Below the pieces are notes generated by a model. That model did no database searches and had not been told where the DNA came from. It saw only the letters and a list, made by a program, of their open reading frames with translations. A stretch of DNA of 64,000 bases from a virus (Duplodnaviria > Heunggongvirae > Uroviricota > Caudoviricetes), in IMG/VR virus record IMGVR_UViG_3300043395_001986, positions 109,308 to 173,307 of that record. One strand, given 5' to 3'. Positions 44,110-50,649 of the stretch are shown here, in pieces (the first letter of the stretch is position 1; each line of letters opens with the position of its first letter). The translations under genes were made by a program, and so were the position numbers.

Positions 44110-44277
44110 ATGATGTACGAAATAACACAATACATTGGGATTGGTATAATCGGAACAGGTCTTTGGATGGCCTTTGAAATTTGGCGAGCACCATTGATGG
44201 AAGAACAACCAGATGGAAGTTGGAAAACAATTAAGCCGGCTAAAAAACTATCGGATTTATTTAAACGAAAAAAATAG
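44110..44277 (+). CDS. small membrane protein (not in ORF track)
   Basis: 55 aa, MMYEITQYIGIGIIGTGLWMAFEIWRAPL...KRKK; fills the gap between neighbours. Confidence 0.6.
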   Translation: MMYEITQYIGIGIIGTGLWMAFEIWRAPLMEEQPDGSWKTIKPAKKLSDLFKRKK

Positions 44278-44281
44278 AGTT

Positions 44282-44503
44282 ATGATAATTAGTTATGTAA
44301 TAGGTATTGGTTGTAGTTTTATAATGGCTGCAATTATTTCATTCTTTTGGGTAAGAGGAATTGATAATATGAAAAAGAATTACCCAGATTATACAGGAGA
44401 AGATTTTTTGAATTGGGGAAATGATGATAAAAAGAGTGATAAAAAGGAAAGTGGTAGTTATAAAGACCTGGAAAAATTAGGTAGAGGACGTTCAAAATAT
44501 TAA
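44282..44503 (+). CDS. small membrane protein
   Basis: MIISYVIGIGCSFIMAAIISFFWV hydrophobic N-terminus. Confidence 0.6.
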   Translation: MIISYVIGIGCSFIMAAIISFFWVRGIDNMKKNYPDYTGEDFLNWGNDDKKSDKKESGSYKDLEKLGRGRSKY

Positions 44504-44507
44504 AATT

Positions 44508-44798
44508 ATGATACAATTTATTAAGAAAAATTACGGAAAATTAGGAATGAGTTTTGCATTAGTTATGCTAGTAATTAACTATTTCCAAAGACAAGAATTA
44601 GTACAATTAAGAAATAAACCAGAAGTTGTAGTTGGTGGTGATATTCAAAAAGCAGAATTAATTGATTCATTACAAGGCGAATTGTTTAATTCTCAAAACA
44701 TAAACGGCAGATATGAAATGAGTTTAGAGAATTTAAAAATGAAACACCCACAAGCAGCTGCAGATTTTATTTATTATATGGAGCACGAAACTGAATAA
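44508..44798 (+). CDS. hypothetical protein with N-terminal TM segment
   Basis: 96-aa ORF. Confidence 0.65.
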   Translation: MIQFIKKNYGKLGMSFALVMLVINYFQRQELVQLRNKPEVVVGGDIQKAELIDSLQGELFNSQNINGRYEMSLENLKMKHPQAAADFIYYMEHETE

Positions 44799-44809
44799 AA
44801 TTTTATAAT

Positions 44810-45187
44810 ATGGGAGAACAACATGTACCATTAACAATCAATGATGATGGATTGGTAACAAAAGTAGGACATGATATGGGTGGGTCCTATGAAATAAAAA
44901 CACCTAAATATGAACAATTAGAAATCCAATTTCCAAAGGTAGATGGAAATGGACAATCTATTTATGAAACGTGTATTATGTGTGGTAATGAAACTACTAC
45001 ATTAAAAAGTACACATATAGATTTTAGAACTGGATATGTAGAGGGAGCGGGACAACTATGTTGGGAGTGTTATACCGGTAAATCTAGGAGTCTTATTACA
45101 ATAGATGAAAGAACTATCATTGATACACCAAACGATGCAGAATTGGGTGCAAAGGTACGACAAATGTATTGGGATAGTAAATCATAA
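44810..45187 (+). CDS. hypothetical protein with CxxC...CxxC motifs
   Basis: CIMCG...GAGQLCWEC. Confidence 0.7.
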   Translation: MGEQHVPLTINDDGLVTKVGHDMGGSYEIKTPKYEQLEIQFPKVDGNGQSIYETCIMCGNETTTLKSTHIDFRTGYVEGAGQLCWECYTGKSRSLITIDERTIIDTPNDAELGAKVRQMYWDSKS

Positions 45188-45195
45188 TTATATAT

Positions 45196-45570
45196 GGGGA
45201 TGCCATGGAATTGATTGCAATGTAAATGGTAGTACCACACGTAGACAAAGGAAGAAAGTCTTTAAATACTTACAAAACAATAACTGACGAAATGTCAACA
45301 ATGACCTTTGATTCTTTAATGGAATTCATCGGCGCTGATTACGCAGTAGCTGCCTAATCACAATCGGGTCGGAATACATATAACCTAGGAACAGAAGTAT
45401 CTATAAAGGTGGAAAATTAACTGAACCCAAAATCGAGTTAAAATAATGATGGCGATGAATTATCAAAACTCGCCTAATTTGTAAGTTTTGATAAAATTTA
45501 CTAAACGTGTGATATGCTGGTATTATTAGTTCTTTGTAAGACAGGGGTTCGATTCCCCTCATCTCCACTA
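45196..45570 (+). ncRNA. ssrA: tmRNA
   Basis: 5' GGGGATG pairs with 3' CATCTCC-A (G3:U); T-arm GGGGTTCGATTCCCC; tag ORF 45286-45357 ends YAVAA*. Confidence 0.92.
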
Positions 45571-45746
45571 AAATTAAATAGTGTGGTATCTGATACTGAC
45601 AGCTCTTTGGGAGTGATGGGTGTGAAAGCAGATTGAAAAGGGTACGACCCAACCCCACACTATTTAATTTAAAAAAATATACAAATATTTTTGGAAAATT
45701 GAATTTTTTGTAGTATATTTGTATATATATAAAAACGAAATAACAT

Positions 45747-45818
45747 CGTGGCGTAGAGCAGAGGTAGCTCACAAGGCTCATAACCTTGGGGTCGCAGGTT
45801 CGAATCCCGCCGCCGCAA
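45747..45818 (+). tRNA. tRNA-fMet (CAT)
   Basis: C1:A72 mismatch; anticodon loop CTCATAA; TTCGAAT T-loop. Confidence 0.88.
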
Positions 45819-45919
45819 CAAATGTTAAGGTTGAAGCCATCAACTAATAAAACCGATTGAGTGACGTATGCAGTACGGAAGAAAGCCGGACACCTTAACA
45901 AAAAAAAAAACCCAAAGAA

Positions 45920-45952
45920 ATTTGGTAGTTTGAAAAAAGTATCGTATATTTG
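45920..45952 (+). promoter_or_regulatory. Bacteroidota-type sigma-A promoter
   Basis: ATTTGG...TCGTATATTTG upstream of the large ncRNA. Confidence 0.75.
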
Positions 45953-46029
45953 TATTGTTAAGTTTGAAACTTATAGGCAATGAAAGATACTCGGTATTCA
46001 AACTTTTAGTTCTTTAAAAGATTAAAAAT

Positions 46030-46565
46030 ACTTTACATAGTAGACTTGTTCTACATAGTAAACAACGGCCGCATATGGTCGTCAAATAAACTACGAAAGT
46101 AGGATAAAGTGGATTGTTAGGTTTACACAATCTGCGGTTTATAGGTCTTTGGACTTATGAGCTTGAGTATGCAAGTGGGGTATCATTTGAGCTTTGTACG
46201 AAAGGGTAACACTATATCGGAAGAGTTTGAATGACCGGGGTAAGTAGATACTTCGGTTGAGTTCGGAAGAACAATAAGAATAACTCATAGAACATCAGTA
46301 AGAAATATAACGCTAATCACTTTATACAATTGCGGTGTTCAATTCAAGAGGAGTCTTAAAACCAAGCCATCCGAAAGGACGTAAGGTATGTTAATGTACA
46401 GGTGGTGCTGTTATTAACCATTGATAAATCGTACCAACGATTATTGGTGAAGATTTCTTATAGAATGGTACTGACGATAGTACATCGGGTAGTTCAGTAT
46501 TCTCTCGACCAAAAGTTGAGGGAACTGGTTGGCAAACCGCTACCTGAACCCATCTACAAACCAAC
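46030..46565 (+). ncRNA. large ornate ncRNA, ROOL/GOLLD-like (family unconfirmed)
   Basis: ORF-poor; several GNRA-capped hairpins; long-range GTAGAT/ATCTAC pairing; upstream promoter; adjacent to tRNAs. Confidence 0.6.
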
Positions 46566-46614
46566 CCTTTTATCAAAATGAGGATTTTGACAATTCAATT
46601 TAAAAATAAAAGCT

Positions 46615-47245
46615 TAAGTGTTTGCCAGTTACGGACGAAAGATGTGTACATAGTAGGGAGCTGTTCCTTGCCACGATACCTTCGCAAGAGGTCTGTGATT
46701 CTTTAAAAAAACTTCTAACACCGCAAGTGTTAATCAGGTCGGCAGATTTGAAGAAGCGGAGTATAAAGAGAGTAAGACGTAACTCAAAGACTGATAGTCT
46801 CAAATCATCCACATTGTATCGGTACTACTCAAAAGGTAGTGGATAAGAAAGGAAACAATAATCTTTCTAAAGTCGGTACTCCCAATGAGGTAATCTCACT
46901 CATTTATTTTTTTACAATGGTTGTATATTGGTTCGATTCCAATAGTAAAAACAAATAGTCCGTTTGCAATAATAGCTCGAATAGTGAGAAAGAAGCAGTT
47001 AGGACTTTAACTAAACAACAAAACCTTTGAAACTATTCACAAGTATCGTGGTCATTTTAGCATAGAGTTCAGATGTGCGAACCTCTCAAGCAGTTTTAGA
47101 CCTAATAAAAAAACTAAAATGTAGCATAGATACATCCGGTTTTGTGGGGAAGTTTTAGACCAATAAATAAACGCAATCTATACGATATGATTGCCAGTTA
47201 TGTAGTAGGCCGCTATAAGAGAGAGCTGTTCCCCTTTTTCTCTCA
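46615..47245 (+). ncRNA. unassigned large structured ncRNA block(s)
   Basis: Multiple hairpins; duplicated TTGCCAGTTA/TAGTAGG/GAGCTGTTCC motif; no convincing ORF. Confidence 0.5.
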
Positions 47246-47350
47246 TTTTAAATGGCTAATTTGACGAGGCTAGTATTAACCAGAGCATGACTTGGATGGC
47301 GTATTTTGAAGTTAGATTAGCTTTTTTAAAAAAACTATATTTATTATAAG

Positions 47351-47446
47351 ATGATGAACTTGAATTTACATACGAATTGTTATCAACCGACGCTTAATGT
47401 GTGGGGTAGCATTATTATGTATAATTCAGGGGATATAAAAGGATAA
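47351..47446 (+). CDS. putative 31-aa leader peptide
   Basis: MMNLNLHTNCYQPTLNVWGSIIMYNSGDIKG*, between an ATATTTAT motif and a terminator. Confidence 0.45.
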   Translation: MMNLNLHTNCYQPTLNVWGSIIMYNSGDIKG

Positions 47447-47474
47447 TAGTATAGTAGATTATATAAATTATTTG

Positions 47475-47508
47475 AAAACCCTGACTTAAAAAAGTTGGGG
47501 TTTTTTTG
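47475..47508 (+). terminator. intrinsic terminator / attenuator before the tRNA array
   Basis: AAAACCCTGACT / AGTTGGGGTTTT stem followed by T7. Confidence 0.8.
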
Positions 47509-47515
47509 TTTATAG

Positions 47516-47589
47516 GCTTCTTTAGCTCAGCAGGTTAGAGCGACTGACTGTTAATCAGTAGGTCCTTGGTTCGAGCCCAAGAAGAAGCG
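47516..47589 (+). tRNA. tRNA-Asn (GTT)
   Basis: Cloverleaf; GCTTCTT/AAGAAGC acceptor stem. Confidence 0.93.
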
Positions 47590-47594
47590 CAATT

Positions 47595-47676
47595 GGGAGT
47601 ATTGTGTAGCGGCAATCACTGCGGACTGTAAATCCGCTCTCATTCGAGTTCGAAGGTTCGAGTCCTTCTACTCCCA
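47595..47676 (+). tRNA. tRNA-Tyr (GTA)
   Basis: Cloverleaf with long variable arm. Confidence 0.93.
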
Positions 47677-47682
47677 CAAAAA

Positions 47683-47754
47683 GCAGGTGTCGTATAATGG
47701 CCATTACTCCTTCCTTCCAAGTAGGAGACGGAGGTTCGATTCCTCTCACCTGCT
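47683..47754 (+). tRNA. tRNA-Gly (TCC)
   Basis: Cloverleaf; U73. Confidence 0.9.
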
Positions 47755-47759
47755 CAAAT

Positions 47760-47830
47760 TGCCTCTTTGTGTAATGGTAGCACAAAAGTTTTTGGTTCTT
47801 TTAGTTTAGGTTCGAATCCTAAAGAGGCAT
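47760..47830 (+). tRNA. tRNA-Gln (TTG)
   Basis: Cloverleaf; TGCCTCT/AGAGGCA acceptor stem. Confidence 0.88.
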
Positions 47831-47835
47831 CACTT

Positions 47836-47909
47836 TGGAATATAGCTCAATTGGTTAGAGCATCCGTCTGATACGCGGAAGGTTGTAGGTTCGAGTCCCA
47901 CTATTCCAA
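47836..47909 (+). tRNA. tRNA-Ile (GAT)
   Basis: Cloverleaf; anticodon loop CTGATAC. Confidence 0.9.
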
Positions 47910-47970
47910 CCGATGTTTTGTAGTAATGAGGTAAGGTTAAAACTGACATACATAATACAAAACATAAATT

Positions 47971-48041
47971 GCGGGTTTGGTGCAACGGCAGCATGTAAGT
48001 CTCCAAAACTTTTGATGGGAGTTCGAATCTCTCAACCCGTG
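47971..48041 (+). tRNA. tRNA-Trp (CCA)
   Basis: Cloverleaf; anticodon loop CTCCAAA. Confidence 0.88.
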
Positions 48042-48049
48042 CAAACAAT

Positions 48050-48122
48050 GGCTCTATGGTGAAATGGATTATCACGCAACGCTACGGACGTTGAATTTTG
48101 GGTTCGAATCCTAATGGGGCTA
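48050..48122 (+). tRNA. tRNA-Arg (ACG)
   Basis: Cloverleaf; anticodon loop CTACGGA. Confidence 0.9.
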
Positions 48123-48137
48123 CTAAAACAAAATGAT

Positions 48138-48401
48138 ATGAAAACATTTAAAGATTTGGAATTTAAATCTCACCCAATGGGTATGGGAGTAATAGCTAGA
48201 GAAGATTTTCATAATGGTTATGGAGTGACCGTTGTAAAAGGACCGCACACATATGGTGGAGATAAAGGATTATATGAATTGGCAGTTTGGAAAGATGGAA
48301 CAATTCATTACGATAATCCAGTTGCAATGGGAGATGTGGTTGGATATTTAAGAGAAGAAGATGTTACCGATGCTATTTTATTAGTTCAGAAATTTGAATA
48401 A
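48138..48401 (+). CDS. hypothetical protein within the tRNA array
   Basis: MKTFKDLEFKSHPMG...; ATG at 48138 lies outside tRNA-Arg. Confidence 0.75.
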   Translation: MKTFKDLEFKSHPMGMGVIAREDFHNGYGVTVVKGPHTYGGDKGLYELAVWKDGTIHYDNPVAMGDVVGYLREEDVTDAILLVQKFE

Positions 48402-48403
48402 AA

Positions 48404-48474
48404 GGCGAGTTGGCCGAGTGGTGAGGTGGAGCTCTGCAAAAGCTTTCACATAGGTTCGATTCCTATACTCGCCT
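48404..48474 (+). tRNA. tRNA-Cys (GCA)
   Basis: Cloverleaf; U73. Confidence 0.92.
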
Positions 48475-48480
48475 CAACAT

Positions 48481-48552
48481 GGTGGTTGTAGCCTAATGGT
48501 AGGGCGAAAGTTTGTGGCACTTTATGTGAGAGTTCGATTCTCTCCAATCACA
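48481..48552 (+). tRNA. tRNA-His (GTG)
   Basis: Cloverleaf; anticodon loop TTGTGGC; G-1 present. Confidence 0.88.
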
Positions 48553-48556
48553 CAAA

Positions 48557-48640
48557 GGAAGGATGGGTGAGGGGTTTAAACCAGCAGTTTACTAAACTGC
48601 CGACTCAAAAGGTCCGTGAGTTCGAATCTCACTCCTTCCG
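48557..48640 (+). tRNA. tRNA-Ser (ACT)
   Basis: GCAGT-TTACTAA-ACTGC anticodon arm; long variable arm; G73. Confidence 0.85.
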
Positions 48641-48641
48641 C

Positions 48642-48782
48642 ATGAAAACAAATAAATTTGAAACTAACAAAAGAGTAAATCGTATTGTTAGAATTAGAAA
48701 AATTATTAGAGAAAATGGAGCTTGTTTAATATGTGTGAGGAGATGGAATGGTGGAATTAAAAAATATAGAACAAACTGCTAA
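48642..48782 (+). CDS. small basic hypothetical protein
   Basis: 46-aa ORF from ATG 48642 between two tRNAs. Confidence 0.45.
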   Translation: MKTNKFETNKRVNRIVRIRKIIRENGACLICVRRWNGGIKKYRTNC

Positions 48783-48784
48783 AT

Positions 48785-48865
48785 ACCCCGTTGGTGGAAT
48801 TGGTAGACACGCTGGTTTTAGGCACCAGTGCGAAAGCATTAAGAGTTCGAGTCTCTTATGGGGTA
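48785..48865 (+). tRNA. tRNA-Leu (TAG)
   Basis: Cloverleaf with variable arm; A73. Confidence 0.92.
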
Positions 48866-48880
48866 CAAAAATAAAGTATT

Positions 48881-49336
48881 ATGAAATATAAACGGCTATT
48901 CGATAGTAAAGAAGTAGATTTAGTTGAATATGTAAAAGACTGGTTAGAGTTAAAACCAAATGCAGAAATACTGATTGGTTGTGACTCACAAAACTTTTCA
49001 GATAAAACGATATACGCTATTGTAGTGGCAATTTATGATGTGGGTAAAGGTGCACATGTTTTATATAATAGGTGGAAAACGAAAAGAGAACCAACTAGAA
49101 ATATTAGATTATTGAATGAAGTTTGGTATGCAGTTGAAACTGCCGAATATATGAAAAATGCAGGTATTCCTGAAGTTAAGTGGATTGATATAGATATTAA
49201 TCCAGACCCAAAATTCAAATCTAACGAAGTTTTAAGGCAAGCGGTGGGTTTAGTGGAAGGAATGGGATATAAGGTAAGATACAAAACTTTGGGACCTATT
49301 GCAACTTACGCAGCTGACCATTTAGTTAAAATTTAA
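48881..49336 (+). CDS. RNase H-like protein (DUF458/YkuK-like)
   Basis: ILIGCDSQ, RLLNEV and DIDIN acidic motifs; A..AAD C-terminus. Confidence 0.7.
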   Translation: MKYKRLFDSKEVDLVEYVKDWLELKPNAEILIGCDSQNFSDKTIYAIVVAIYDVGKGAHVLYNRWKTKREPTRNIRLLNEVWYAVETAEYMKNAGIPEVKWIDIDINPDPKFKSNEVLRQAVGLVEGMGYKVRYKTLGPIATYAADHLVKI

Positions 49337-49431
49337 ACTTTTTTAGTTTTTTGGGTAGCTGTAAAAAATTTTTTGGAGTTAAAAATTTTGCCACGTGCGA
49401 ATTTTATACTATATTTGTAACATACAAAACT

Positions 49432-49503
49432 GCTCGGTTGGACTAGGGGTTAGGTCACATCCCTTTCACGGATGTAGCACGGGTTCGAATCCCGTACCGA
49501 GTA
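49432..49503 (+). tRNA. tRNA-Glu (TTC)
   Basis: Cloverleaf; anticodon loop CTTTCAC. Confidence 0.92.
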
Positions 49504-49698
49504 CAAAGGTACACTATAATTCGGTCAAGCCACATTTAGCCGTTAGTGTATTGATAGGTAAGAGAAAAAGAAGTGGCTGGGACGTTTCTCTTACCGACCA
49601 TATAGGTTGATTGGAATTTGCCCATTGTGGCCAAATCGGTTAGAAATGCCAGTCGTAAAAGTAGATGTCCACGCACCCATCTTCTACTTTCCTAAATT

Positions 49699-49772
49699 GC
49701 CTTGATAGCTCAGTTGGCCAGAGCATCTGATTTGTAATCAGAGGGTCGTCAGTTCGAATCTGACTCGAGGCT
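49699..49772 (+). tRNA. tRNA-Thr (TGT)
   Basis: Cloverleaf; anticodon loop TTTGTAA. Confidence 0.92.
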
Positions 49773-49831
49773 CAAAAGGACTTAAATGGTCGAAGTACAA
49801 GACCGGTGTAGGTTAGTCCCACCTACAAAAA

Positions 49832-49905
49832 GGAGTGGTAGTTCAGTTGGTTAGAATGCTGCCCTGTCACGGCAGAGGTCGCGGGTTCGAGTCCCGTCCA
49901 CTCCG
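49832..49905 (+). tRNA. tRNA-Asp (GTC)
   Basis: Cloverleaf; G73. Confidence 0.94.
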
Positions 49906-50148
49906 CAAACACAATTAGGTTGTATATGCAATTAGCTCGGCAACCTTTTACACCTGAAGATGTGAGATGGTTGTGTTTTAAAGTTGTTCTATACACTTAA
50001 CACGCTTAGTAACAAAGCAAGGCACATAGAGTTACATAGAAGCATGGAGTAATTACCCAACGCTACATTCGGACTACAAATGTGATTAAGTTCAGACGTT
50101 GTAGAGAAAGAGATGTTAAGAGTAAACTTGCAAGTTAGAACAACTAAT

Positions 50149-50220
50149 GGACTCATAGTTAAATGGATATAACTACTGCCTTCTAAGCAGTTATTGGTAG
50201 TTCGATTCTACCTGAGTCTA
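50149..50220 (+). tRNA. tRNA-Arg (TCT)
   Basis: Cloverleaf; anticodon loop CTTCTAA. Confidence 0.9.
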
Positions 50221-50225
50221 CAAAT

Positions 50226-50299
50226 TGGGAAATAGCGCAGTCCGGTAGCGTACTTGGTTTGGGACCAAGGGGTCGCAGGTTCGAATCCTGTTTTCCCAA
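50226..50299 (+). tRNA. tRNA-Pro (TGG)
   Basis: Cloverleaf; anticodon loop TTTGGGA. Confidence 0.92.
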
Positions 50300-50358
50300 C
50301 ATAATATTTGGTAGTTTAAAAAAATTATCTTATATTTGTAAAAGTTATTTGATAAGCA

Positions 50359-50443
50359 GCCTTGGTGTTGGAATTGGTAGACAAGACAGACTTAAAATCT
50401 GTTTCGCTGAAAGCGAGTGCGGGTTCGATTCCCGCCTGAGGCA
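50359..50443 (+). tRNA. tRNA-Leu (TAA)
   Basis: Cloverleaf with variable arm. Confidence 0.92.
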
Positions 50444-50463
50444 CGGACGGAAAAACCAAAGTT

Positions 50464-50537
50464 GGGGAAGTAGCTCAGTTGGCTAGAGCATCTGCCTTGC
50501 ACGCAGAGGGTCATGGGTTCGACTCCCTTCTTCTCCA
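50464..50537 (+). tRNA. tRNA-Ala (TGC)
   Basis: G3:U70 pair; anticodon loop CTTGCAC. Confidence 0.93.
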
Positions 50538-50543
50538 CAATAT

Positions 50544-50649
50544 GCCGGAGTGGCGGAAAGAGATGTGTACAATCTTGAGACGTTCCTATTCTAGAGTGGT
50601 GGGGTAACCGAAAAGGACCCCGTGAAGTTAACCAATACTTCCTCCGGCA
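50544..50649 (+). ncRNA. tRNA-like RNA with intact acceptor stem and aberrant core
   Basis: GCCGGAG/CTCCGGC-A-CC ends; no canonical D-arm or T-loop. Confidence 0.55.

Noticed and set aside
45585-45640. Hammerhead ribozyme (CTGA...GAAA)
   Set aside because: The core CUGANGA and a correctly placed NUH site are not satisfied.
45401-45901. 166-aa minus-strand ORF and similar ORFs across 46391-51279
   Set aside because: They overlap the tmRNA, tRNAs or structured RNA on the opposite strand and have no protein-like motifs.
46780-46970. Group I intron core (AGACTG and ATAGTCC resemble P7 strands)
   Set aside because: No interrupted host gene, no recognisable P3/P4/P6 elements, and AGACTG pairs locally.
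47089-47172. CRISPR array suggested by GTTTTAGACC twice
   Set aside because: Only about 11 nt are identical, spacing is irregular, there are too few copies, and no cas genes are present. The 62674 nuclease is a generic phage PD-(D/E)XK enzyme.
47270-47282. glmS-like TTGACGAGG core
   Set aside because: The remaining glmS elements and a downstream glmS gene are absent.
47912-47967. ATGTTTTGTA/TACAAAACAT 10-bp stem between tRNA-Ile and tRNA-Trp
   Set aside because: A single AT-rich hairpin with no further structure; too weak to call an ncRNA.
48785-48865. Amber suppressor tRNA / recoded genome
   Set aside because: Anticodon TAG reads CUA (Leu). No CTA, TTA or TCA anticodon was found, and genes are uninterrupted in the standard code.
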